From the IMG/VR virus record IMGVR_UViG_3300033067_001252, positions 1 to 53,078 of that record: 53,078 nt of DNA. One strand, given 5' to 3'. This DNA is from a virus. Lineage: Duplodnaviria > Caudoviricetes. Each line of letters starts with the position of its first letter. The first letter of the stretch is position 1. The position numbers and the translations under genes were made by a program. Below, one piece after another: positions 16,962-25,510 of this stretch. The notes below the pieces were generated by a model, which did no database searches, was not told where the DNA came from, and was given only the letters and a program-made list of their open reading frames with translations.

Positions 16962-17027
16962 ATGAGTTCACATAAAAAGTCCGCTCCTCCGTCCAAACCA
17001 ATGCCTAAGCCTAAGCCAAACTGCTAA
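16962..17027 (+). CDS. 21-aa basic, Pro/Lys-rich micro-ORF MSSHKKSAPPSKPMPKPKPNC
   Basis: Starts 1 nt after the upstream stop, inside the capsid transcript. Confidence 0.4.
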   Translation: MSSHKKSAPPSKPMPKPKPNC

Positions 17028-17048
17028 GGTTTCTTCCTCTATCTCCTT

Positions 17049-17092
17049 GAAACCCCTAGAGTTAAAGTAATTGACTCTGGGGGTTTTCTTTG
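17049..17092 (+). terminator. Intrinsic terminator after the capsid operon
   Basis: Stem AAACCCCTAGAGTTAA / TTGACTCTGGGGGTTT followed by TCTTTG. Confidence 0.8.
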
Positions 17093-17217
17093 TGAATAAT
17101 TGTACATGAAGGCTTTGTGTAAGAATATTAAAACGGACCCTACCTACTGATTATCAGAAATTTATTTCATGGGTCCATGAAGTTTCGGACCATCTCAAAT
17201 CAAAAGGAATTTTTTAA

Positions 17218-17982
17218 ATGCGTGATTTTTCTCGTCTCGATGCGTTCCTAGATGATCGCAAGAAAGACATCGGACCTTCTGTGTTGATGGCGCGTCCCAA
17301 GGAATTTATCGAGGCTCTCATCAATACCTTCACCCAAATCGTTCCCATCAAAGACAAGGTTTTAATCGACATCGGTTGTGGCCTCGGGGATGATCTCGTT
17401 TATTACAAATCCCTTGGGGCTAAACCCATTGGGTTAACAGCTATTAAGGATGAAGGCTTGGCTAAGAACATTGAAGCTCACTCCTTAGAGGTAATCCTTG
17501 GGGACCAATCTTTTATCCCCCTTGAAGATGACCATGTGGATGTGATTACCGCCCGCCACGTTTTGGAACACTCCATTTTTCCGTACTACACCCTAACGGA
17601 ATACAATCGGATTTTAAAATTAAAAGGATTTGCGTATATCGAGGTTCCTCAGCCTGATACCGTGGCGGACCATGAACATAATGCGAATCATTATTCAGTT
17701 TTAGGTTTACGTATGTGGCGGGATCTATTCTATCGGTGTGGGTTCAATATCCTAGCGGAATTTAACTTACATTTCCACGATAAGGAAGATCCTGCAAAGC
17801 CGCTTGTGGATTCTTGGGTTGGATTTGCGCTACAAAAGACTAGTGTTCCCATGAAGCCTTGGGTTGCGGATGTTCTAGGTCAGGAGAAGGTTATCTATAA
17901 AGGTGATTATGCGGATTTACATAAGAATCCTGAATATTTCCCACGTAAGGTAGCGGAGGCTAAGTTAAATGAAACCAATTAA
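17218..17982 (+). CDS. Class I SAM-dependent methyltransferase (Methyltransf_11/23-like)
   Basis: LIDIGCGLG motif I; DVITARHVLEH; RILKLKG...IEVP. Confidence 0.9.
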   Translation: MRDFSRLDAFLDDRKKDIGPSVLMARPKEFIEALINTFTQIVPIKDKVLIDIGCGLGDDLVYYKSLGAKPIGLTAIKDEGLAKNIEAHSLEVILGDQSFIPLEDDHVDVITARHVLEHSIFPYYTLTEYNRILKLKGFAYIEVPQPDTVADHEHNANHYSVLGLRMWRDLFYRCGFNILAEFNLHFHDKEDPAKPLVDSWVGFALQKTSVPMKPWVADVLGQEKVIYKGDYADLHKNPEYFPRKVAEAKLNETN

Positions 17983-19033
17983 TCTTTTCAGTCCAGTAAG
18001 TTTGGAGCCCTGGGATTTCACTAATTGTTGGGAAAAGGGCATTGGTGCCTCAGAACAAAACCACCAGATGTTACACGAAGAGTGGTTTGCTAAGGGTATC
18101 GAAAGCCGCTCCTATGCTCCCCTTTACCCGGATAAGTCCGATTTATTTTATAACGAAAAGGGATGGTATCGCCTAGAGCAGATTGACCCAAACAAGCCGG
18201 AAAATTATCTGATCTTCCGCGACCCTACGTTTTTCGATAGGGAGTTGCACCCAGAGGGGAATTATCTCTTTATTGCCCAGGATACCATCTATCCATTCAC
18301 GGAGGCCCAGCTAGCGAAGATTACGAAGTATATTTGCCTAAGCCCCCGTCATGCGGAATTAACTCTCGCTACGTTTCCCCAGTTGAAGGATAAGGTTTAC
18401 ATTTGCTCAAACGGAATCCGAGTGGAAACTATTGAGAAGATTGAAAAATTGGGGATTGAGCGGAATCCTAATAAGTTATTCTATGCTTCCTCCCCAGATC
18501 GTGGTTTGATCCTAACTCTCAAGAATTGGTTCCGTATTAAGGAACGGTGCCCAGAGGCGGAACTCCACATCGCATATGGATTCGAAAATTTAATCAAAAT
18601 GGGTGAAATGCTCCGTGATTGGCGGCTACCGTTCAAAAACGAACTCGAATCACTCATAACCCAAGATGGAATTCATTTCATAGGAAGGGTGAATCAAAAC
18701 GAGGTGCTCAAGCATTGGTTTAGTACAAATGTCTTTCTTTACCAAAACACCTTCTTTGAAACCTCGTGTGTGAGTCTAATGGAAGCAATGGCTTGTGGGG
18801 CAGTTCCGGTTACGAATAAATTAGGCGCGCTCGAAACCAACACCCTCCATGGCTATCTCTACGAAGGCACCCCGGATAAGGACCAAGTGTGTCGCCTCCA
18901 TCAGATTCATAAGACTTGTAATCTCATCCTTAATCCTTCCGAGGTGGAATTCCGAGATGAGATGATGACTGACGCAAGAGACACCTTCAATATTTCAAAG
19001 ATTGCAAATCACTACTTAGGATGGATGATTTAA
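17969..19033 (+). CDS. Glycosyltransferase, GT-B fold (family 4-like)
   Basis: GIGASE, NGI, YASSPDRGL, ETSCVSLMEAMACG (EX7E), GALE. Confidence 0.9.
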   Translation: MKPINLFSPVSLEPWDFTNCWEKGIGASEQNHQMLHEEWFAKGIESRSYAPLYPDKSDLFYNEKGWYRLEQIDPNKPENYLIFRDPTFFDRELHPEGNYLFIAQDTIYPFTEAQLAKITKYICLSPRHAELTLATFPQLKDKVYICSNGIRVETIEKIEKLGIERNPNKLFYASSPDRGLILTLKNWFRIKERCPEAELHIAYGFENLIKMGEMLRDWRLPFKNELESLITQDGIHFIGRVNQNEVLKHWFSTNVFLYQNTFFETSCVSLMEAMACGAVPVTNKLGALETNTLHGYLYEGTPDKDQVCRLHQIHKTCNLILNPSEVEFRDEMMTDARDTFNISKIANHYLGWMI

Positions 19034-19034
19034 A

Positions 19035-19739
19035 ATGCTTCAAGAATTAAAAGCTATCGGAACAGTTGGGCGGATGTATTGTGACAATCCCCCACAACGA
19101 TTCGTGGACTCCCTGGTGGAGATGATGCAATTTTCACAACTCGTGGATTGCAAACCTGGGGAGTATATTCACTATGCTAAGGGAATGGCGTCTTACCACG
19201 TTTTGGGGCGGAACATGTTAGCTCGGGAGATGAGGGGCAACTGGTTGATTCAACTTGATACAGACCACCAGTTTGCAAGTGACATGCTCCATAGGTTGTT
19301 GAAACTAAAGGAGAAATACGATCTCCCGGTGCTCAGTATTATTTACGGATATAAAGCCCCTCCACATGGACCTGTGATGGGTATTTGGGGAGAGAATGAC
19401 CGATTAATCCCAGTTTACGACTACCCTAGGGACGTAGATGTAATGCCTGTGGGCGCTGTGGGGGGAGCGGGTCTTTTGGTTGATCGAAGTGTGTTTGAGA
19501 AAATTTACGCAACAGGGGAGGAGCCATTTGATTGTATCGGTGGTCTCAGCGAAGACTATTCCTTTTGTCTCCGATGTAAACGCCTTGGTATTCCCGTTCA
19601 TGTGGCCCCAAATGTGGAAAGTCATCACCTAATCCACCACGCGATTTCCATGAATGACTATCGCCCGGATCGGACCCAATTCCAGGCCACCCCTACGGTT
19701 AGTGGAATTATCGTCCCAAATGAAGATGGGTTAAAATAG
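19035..19739 (+). CDS. Glycosyltransferase, GT-A fold (family 2-like)
   Basis: RN.LA, QLDTD (DxD), GGAGLLVDRSVFEKI, SEDYSFC.R...LGIPV, HH. Confidence 0.88.
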   Translation: MLQELKAIGTVGRMYCDNPPQRFVDSLVEMMQFSQLVDCKPGEYIHYAKGMASYHVLGRNMLAREMRGNWLIQLDTDHQFASDMLHRLLKLKEKYDLPVLSIIYGYKAPPHGPVMGIWGENDRLIPVYDYPRDVDVMPVGAVGGAGLLVDRSVFEKIYATGEEPFDCIGGLSEDYSFCLRCKRLGIPVHVAPNVESHHLIHHAISMNDYRPDRTQFQATPTVSGIIVPNEDGLK

Positions 19740-19764
19740 AACTAAGGAAGAGTTCGTTTACCAA

Positions 19765-19947
19765 ATGCTCAACACCCTATTAGCGATTATCGATAGAGAG
19801 GAGGACGTGAAGACTCTTCGGAAGATATTTAACAACCTCCCAGATGGGAAATTGTTACCCCCCGGTGTTACCCTTAAGGGGGATGAAATTTCCTTTGCGC
19901 GAAATTACGTAACGAAGAGGATTAATGAACTAAAGGGGGTTTCCTAA
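19765..19947 (+). CDS. Hypothetical protein (60 aa)
   Basis: ORF fills the gap in the operon. Confidence 0.6.
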   Translation: MLNTLLAIIDREEDVKTLRKIFNNLPDGKLLPPGVTLKGDEISFARNYVTKRINELKGVS

Positions 19948-19948
19948 G

Positions 19949-20347
19949 GTGAGTGCCCCCAGAAAGTCCACTTGTACCGGGTCGTTTTACTGGTCGAATG
20001 GGGATATCTTCGATGGGTGGTTACTAATAGGTGTGGTACCCCCTCAAAGTGGTGGAACTGTGTGGCCCTCAGTTACCCCCTGGGATATGACCTCCCCTGA
20101 GGCGCTACCACCGTTTTACCAAATTCGTATTAAATACGGTCAACCGGATCAGGCCACTAAAGTTTTCTATACCTCAGATATAGTGCCCCCGAATACGGAA
20201 TACGTAGCTTGGCTAGCGGATGCGAATCTCCAGTTGATGACCCCCACTCCGTCCACCACCTTTACCGTCACGGAGGACACCTTTACTCCACCGGAAATCG
20301 TAGCGGTCACCACATTCCCAAGTGATTCCTATCCGGTGCCGAATTAA
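19949..20347 (+). CDS. Hypothetical, P/T-rich beta protein
   Basis: GTG start 1 nt after the upstream stop. Confidence 0.75.
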   Translation: MSAPRKSTCTGSFYWSNGDIFDGWLLIGVVPPQSGGTVWPSVTPWDMTSPEALPPFYQIRIKYGQPDQATKVFYTSDIVPPNTEYVAWLADANLQLMTPTPSTTFTVTEDTFTPPEIVAVTTFPSDSYPVPN

Positions 20348-20360
20348 TTAAAAATTTAAA

Positions 20361-20588
20361 ATGGAGAGATTAAATCAAATCATGGATGACGATTCAGGCA
20401 TCACAGAGGTTATTGAGAGGGAGTTCGCGAAGTTAATCAAAGCCCAGTTACAGGTGAACTCCCATTTAGAGAAAATAGTAGAGGACCACGAGAATAGGTT
20501 ACGGAACTTAGAGAGATACGCTTTTGGGATGATGGGGGCCTATGGGTTGATAATGACATTAATTAATGTTTGGAAGGAATTTAAATAA
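20361..20588 (+). CDS. Coiled-coil plus C-terminal TM protein (XhlA-like / holin-associated candidate)
   Basis: DHENRLRNLE followed by a hydrophobic segment. Confidence 0.65.
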   Translation: MERLNQIMDDDSGITEVIEREFAKLIKAQLQVNSHLEKIVEDHENRLRNLERYAFGMMGAYGLIMTLINVWKEFK

Positions 20589-21256
20589 TGGCAGGCCGTA
20601 AACATGCGGGGATCATAGACGAAGAAAAGGCGAAAGCACTTGCATTTTTCAACGCCTGTGATAGGGATAAGCAGAAGGTAACCGATTGGTTAGAGGAACA
20701 ACGTAAGAGCGCCGTTGTGGTGGATGCGGATAATCCAGTGGATGGCAAAGCGCATCAACGGGGGAAAACCCTTCACTTCACAAAGTTTGAAAAGATGATC
20801 CGAAAGCTACCGAATGGGGGTCTTTATATTTTTAATGACATTAATCCCCTTTTCAAAGGACTTTGTTATCAAGCCCCATTTAAGGACGAACCTATCCGAA
20901 TTTCCGCTTACGGGAAAACTGATATTCCAGAATTCTCCACAGTTATAGTCCAAAAGAAGTTACAAAGGGATTTCTCCCTAGGGGTTTTAAAGCCGGGAGA
21001 TATGCCAGAAATGCGTTGGAATTCTGTGGAAAAACGCCACGAGGCTAAGGATGGTTCACTACTACCTGGGTGGAAATGGGTGTGGGAAACAATGGGAGAA
21101 GACCCTTATGACCCACACGCGAGGGGGTATAGGACGATTTTGATGAAAATTGTGGAACTCGATCTTGCCACACCGAATGAGGTTGAAAAGGTCTTTGGTC
21201 GCTCCACGAGGAAAAGTTGGAATTCTCTCCATTCAAATAATGGGTGGAGGTTTTAA
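20588..21256 (+). CDS. Hypothetical protein (222 aa)
   Basis: TAATG-coupled ORF. Confidence 0.8.
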   Translation: MAGRKHAGIIDEEKAKALAFFNACDRDKQKVTDWLEEQRKSAVVVDADNPVDGKAHQRGKTLHFTKFEKMIRKLPNGGLYIFNDINPLFKGLCYQAPFKDEPIRISAYGKTDIPEFSTVIVQKKLQRDFSLGVLKPGDMPEMRWNSVEKRHEAKDGSLLPGWKWVWETMGEDPYDPHARGYRTILMKIVELDLATPNEVEKVFGRSTRKSWNSLHSNNGWRF

Positions 21257-21265
21257 AAAATTAAA

Positions 21266-21724
21266 ATGAAAGGCAACACAAATACGATGGCAAATGAAAG
21301 TAAACCCTTAGCCCCATCTATGGCGGCTTCAAACGGGTTATCAATGGATGAGCAAATCAAGGCGCTTCAGTTAAAGAAGTTAATGCGGGACCTTGAGGAA
21401 GAAGATGCGGAACGGGAGGAGTTTAACCGAAAGGAACGAATCCGAAAGGAAGCCGCGCTAAAGGAAATTGCGTTTACAAAACAAACCGAAGCTGAGAAGG
21501 CCGCGAATCAAGAGATGTGTCCTCACATGGCCCATAATGGCATCGGAGGTGTTTCCTTCATAAGGGGACAAAAACTCGGAATGACCACGGATGAGAACGG
21601 GAATCCTAAGGATGGTTTCATCGCGTTTTGTCAGCTTTGCAAGAAATCTTACTCAAAGTGGGACGATATTCCCCCTCATCTACGGAGTGATAGGGAGTAT
21701 TTCGGGGGTCCCAAGAGTTACTAA
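21266..21724 (+). CDS. Coiled-coil protein with a C-terminal Zn-binding motif
   Basis: CPH...CQLC. Confidence 0.75.
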   Translation: MKGNTNTMANESKPLAPSMAASNGLSMDEQIKALQLKKLMRDLEEEDAEREEFNRKERIRKEAALKEIAFTKQTEAEKAANQEMCPHMAHNGIGGVSFIRGQKLGMTTDENGNPKDGFIAFCQLCKKSYSKWDDIPPHLRSDREYFGGPKSY

Positions 21725-21767
21725 AAGTTGTGTAACTGAAATTCGGTAGTAGAAAGGATTCATTTTA

Positions 21768-22460
21768 ATGGCGGTAACCTACACTCCAGAAGACGCATTC
21801 TTATACGCAAACTACATGACCAAAGGGATGGCCCTCTCCACGGTTCATAACGCAATTCTCGATGGTGCGCTTTCGAGATTATGGAACGCCGCCGCTTGGC
21901 CTTGGACTATAGGTTACCTCCAGACACTTACTCTAAGTGCGTCGGCGGTTAATTATTCCGCTTCGTTTCCAGCAGACTTTGCGAATATCTATAAGGCGAT
22001 TCTTTACGATAGTGATAAGGTCTACAAACCCTTAGCTATCGATCCCGAGTTACCGAGTGATCCGGGAAGAACGGGGCAGATTATCACAGTGGCCCCCGCT
22101 GGAACATCCGCTGTGCGAATCTATCCCGCCCCACCCGCCACGGTTCCCACAAACCCCCAAAAGATTATGCTTTGGTATAAAAAGAATCCCCCAAAGATCA
22201 CCTCTGCAAATGCGACTAGCGCCTGTCTCGTGATGGATGATCGTTGGTTCCCCGCGTATCGAAGTGCGGTTTTAATCGAGGCTTATAAGTATGCTGATGA
22301 CGCTAGGGGGTTTGACATTACAAGTGATGTGAAGGGGGAGAATGTGAAAATGGGCGGTGAACTTGCGTATTTCACTTATCTTGTGGGACAGATGAAGGAG
22401 TGTGAGAATTTCATGTACGAGTGGGATGTTTACGCAGAAGCGAGAGGGGAATCCCGTTAA
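21768..22460 (+). CDS. Head-tail adaptor-like protein 1
   Basis: LWNAAAWPWT, PADF, VRIYPAP, Y.K.P motifs of podoviral adaptors. Confidence 0.7.
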   Translation: MAVTYTPEDAFLYANYMTKGMALSTVHNAILDGALSRLWNAAAWPWTIGYLQTLTLSASAVNYSASFPADFANIYKAILYDSDKVYKPLAIDPELPSDPGRTGQIITVAPAGTSAVRIYPAPPATVPTNPQKIMLWYKKNPPKITSANATSACLVMDDRWFPAYRSAVLIEAYKYADDARGFDITSDVKGENVKMGGELAYFTYLVGQMKECENFMYEWDVYAEARGESR

Positions 22461-22475
22461 AGGGAGAACTGTAAG

Positions 22476-23192
22476 ATGTCTTACACATACGCAGACTTGA
22501 TCCAAATCGCAAATATCGGTACCGCAAGGGTTATCGAAGACTCACGGAGTTTGTACCTACTAAATGCGATGCAAAATTTGATTTGGAAAAAATACGACTG
22601 GAGATTTACCCAAAGCTCCATCCCCGCCTTTTGGCTAGTCCCTTATGTCCAAGACTACGGGAAACCCATCGTAGCGGTTCCAGATAATATGGAAAAAATC
22701 ATGAGAGCCCAGCTAGTGTGTTGGAATTCCAATGGGCTTCCCATTATCAATAAATTGGACCCACGAAGGGAACTTGATCCAAATAATATCATTGGCCTCC
22801 CACAGCAAATCTCTTATAACTCCTCTTCTCGAACCCTAAGAACTTGGCCCCGTCCTGGTGGTGGTCATTGTGCGCCGGATTACATGATTAAGGCCACTTG
22901 TAAGACCTTTCCCCCGCTCATTACCCGTGATAACTACCAAACCACGGGGGTCCCATCAAGTGATAACGGTAACTACGATTCTCAAATCCAAATGTGGATC
23001 GAGGTTCTTCGTTATTTGTATTTTTCTGTAACGGGTGACTACCAAAAGGCCCAAGTGCAATTTCAAATCGCAATGGGTGTGATGATGGAGGAAGCGAAAA
23101 ATGAAGGAATTGACCAAGGCGACCCCCAAATCGCCCCCTCTGAGAGTCTTCTCGGTCGTGCGGGCGGTGATTATGGATTATACTTCCCGTAG
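22476..23192 (+). CDS. Head-tail adaptor-like protein 2
   Basis: IWKKYDWRFT, GLPQQISY, LRTWPRP. Confidence 0.7.
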   Translation: MSYTYADLIQIANIGTARVIEDSRSLYLLNAMQNLIWKKYDWRFTQSSIPAFWLVPYVQDYGKPIVAVPDNMEKIMRAQLVCWNSNGLPIINKLDPRRELDPNNIIGLPQQISYNSSSRTLRTWPRPGGGHCAPDYMIKATCKTFPPLITRDNYQTTGVPSSDNGNYDSQIQMWIEVLRYLYFSVTGDYQKAQVQFQIAMGVMMEEAKNEGIDQGDPQIAPSESLLGRAGGDYGLYFP

Positions 23193-23232
23193 TTACCCAA
23201 GGGAGTGGAGGATTCCTCCTAGGGTAATTTTT
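23193..23232 (+). terminator. Possible intrinsic terminator
   Basis: TTACCC...GGAGG-att-CCTCC..GGGTAA followed by TTTTT. Confidence 0.5.
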
Positions 23233-23278
23233 CCCACTAAGGTGCGATAATAGAATAGAATAGGAGAGTTTTTATAAA

Positions 23279-25501
23279 ATGGCCACTTACGATCCCCTTA
23301 ACCCGAATATTGCGGCAATCTTTGCCCCTTACATGCCCGATCAAATGGGGTCGCTTTTTGGCTATTCTAATGGACTACCGTTTGTGGGGCCAAGTGGTTC
23401 GGTTCCAGGTGGTGCGGCGGATTATTGGACCTCCCTTTTAGCTGGAAATATTTCTACTCCTCCTCCTAGCACTACAAGTGGTGGAACTACGGGTGGTGGC
23501 ACTGGGGGAACAACGGGGGGAAATGGATTAACGGGGGCGTTTGGTGCAGGCGCTACTACTGGTCCGGCTTTACCCCCAGGGACAGTTTCTCCGGTATCTA
23601 CGTTATTTTCACAAATCCCTACAGGTTTGGCGAATTCCACAACTCAAAGCACCACAACTCCAAGTGGGGATGTAATTAGCGGCTACCGTGTTGATAACGG
23701 GAATACGAATATAAATACAAACCCTGGGAATATGTTCCTCCCCACAGGTTCTCAATGGACCCCTAGAGCGGGTTACGATATTGTTTACGGGGTTAAAAAC
23801 GGCACTTACGGTCACTTCCAAATCCCCTCCGCAGATGTTCCAAATGCGATGGAAAAATATGGAATCGGCGTTATGGGGAGCCCTCTTTCGGTTTCGCAGA
23901 TTAATTACCATAACAATCCCGCTGGAGGCCCCAATCAAACCCAAACCCCAGGGACCCCTCCTCCAACCACTCCTCCGGTTACTCCTCCAGGCGGTAGTAC
24001 TCCCCCAGTAGATCCCCCAGGTGGTGGTGGAAGTACTCCTCCGCCTCCTCCTCCTCCAGGACCACCAACCTTACCCGCGTTGGACACAAAACGTCAGGCG
24101 TATTTAACCGCGATTGATAATTTCATCAAATCTCAACCCGGAAAATCCTACGCAACGGTGGATGATTCTCTACGGCGCGCTTTTAATCTCCCTGGAATGG
24201 CCGAACTCCAGATGAACCAACAAGCGAATCCAAAGATAGATCCGAATAATTTTATTGAAAACCCTGAGGGAAATGCATTTATTCCAGGTGCGGCCCCTCC
24301 GAGTGGGTTTAAGTGGTATTGGACAGATCCAGATGGAACCACTGGGCCAAATCCTGGGAATTATGGCTTAGTCCCTAATACTTCATTTTTTAACGACCTC
24401 CCTGGGAATAACATCGAGGATCTCCAGACGTTGGTGGATACTTATAATAACCCTTCGTATGCGAATAAGTATTCCCCCCTCAGACTAACTGATCTTCTAG
24501 GGGATTGGGGAAAGTTTTTAAATTTTAAACCCCAGGGTGCTACCGGACAAAGGGCTTCACTTGCCCCCATGGAATCCATCTCTCAGTTATCCCCTTTCAT
24601 GCAGCGGAGTGATTTGTATCAATATTTTAATCAACTCCTGAATAGTGTATCTGGGAGACTTGGGCCAAACTACGCCCCAAATTACAGCGTTTTCAATGAC
24701 GTTAATGACCCCACGAAGGTTACGAATTATTTCAATTCTGTTAACGACGCCTTAGGTCTAGCAAATCTTCCATCCCTTAAGGATGTGTTAGGTGGGGGAA
24801 CTCGCCAATTAGGGAATGACCAGTTTTACCAGGGGAAGTCTTTAGATTTCTACTCCCCCCAATCTGCGGCTCCTGCGTTTTTCCAATATCTCCTAGGGGA
24901 TTTCGATGGCGCAAGTGGTCCAAACCCCCAGACATACGCTTTAAGAATGAAGGGGGCTCCAGATACCCGTTATGCGGCGGATCAGATTCTTCAAACTTTA
25001 AATAACCCCGATCTCGCGAATATGTTCCCATCCTCGCAGCTATCGAATATTAACCAAAACATCTTCTCCACCACAATGGGGGTTAATGGAAATCCCTTAT
25101 GGAAGGTTCTTGATTCTTATAAATTCCCTGGTGGTGCGGGAGGTCCTTCTCAGTTCTCCCAATCAGGATCGGATCAAATCTCAGCGGGTGGCGCTGGTGG
25201 TCCTGAGCTAGCATCTAATCGTTGGATACCCTCTCTCCAGGACACAATTACGGCTAACCAGCAACAAGCGGATATGAACCGCAACACCCAAACTCAAGCC
25301 ACCTCATTAAACGCCCTCTACCCTGGTGGAACTGGAACGGTTAACTTAGGTAATACACCACCCCCAGGTGGTTCTACCCCAACTACGACAACACCCCCAG
25401 GGGATAAGCCAGATCCATTCGCGGGGGTTAACACGCCTTACAACGCGGGCACCTCAAACCGCCCACCGAAATTCTACTCCCCATATACCCTATGGAGTTA
25501 A
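23279..25501 (+). CDS. Pro/Gly/Thr/Asn-rich protein (740 aa), probable virion/internal protein
   Basis: Own promoter-like TGcGATAAT and AGGAG RBS; low-complexity linkers; located in the tail module. Confidence 0.75.
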   Translation: MATYDPLNPNIAAIFAPYMPDQMGSLFGYSNGLPFVGPSGSVPGGAADYWTSLLAGNISTPPPSTTSGGTTGGGTGGTTGGNGLTGAFGAGATTGPALPPGTVSPVSTLFSQIPTGLANSTTQSTTTPSGDVISGYRVDNGNTNINTNPGNMFLPTGSQWTPRAGYDIVYGVKNGTYGHFQIPSADVPNAMEKYGIGVMGSPLSVSQINYHNNPAGGPNQTQTPGTPPPTTPPVTPPGGSTPPVDPPGGGGSTPPPPPPPGPPTLPALDTKRQAYLTAIDNFIKSQPGKSYATVDDSLRRAFNLPGMAELQMNQQANPKIDPNNFIENPEGNAFIPGAAPPSGFKWYWTDPDGTTGPNPGNYGLVPNTSFFNDLPGNNIEDLQTLVDTYNNPSYANKYSPLRLTDLLGDWGKFLNFKPQGATGQRASLAPMESISQLSPFMQRSDLYQYFNQLLNSVSGRLGPNYAPNYSVFNDVNDPTKVTNYFNSVNDALGLANLPSLKDVLGGGTRQLGNDQFYQGKSLDFYSPQSAAPAFFQYLLGDFDGASGPNPQTYALRMKGAPDTRYAADQILQTLNNPDLANMFPSSQLSNINQNIFSTTMGVNGNPLWKVLDSYKFPGGAGGPSQFSQSGSDQISAGGAGGPELASNRWIPSLQDTITANQQQADMNRNTQTQATSLNALYPGGTGTVNLGNTPPPGGSTPTTTTPPGDKPDPFAGVNTPYNAGTSNRPPKFYSPYTLWS

Positions 25502-25510
25502 CGTAAGTTA

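Noticed and set aside
17106-17216. Possible frameshifted 36-aa gene (MKALCKNIKTD / LPTDYQKF...KGIF)
   Set aside because: Short, no RBS and no recognisable motif; cannot be supported
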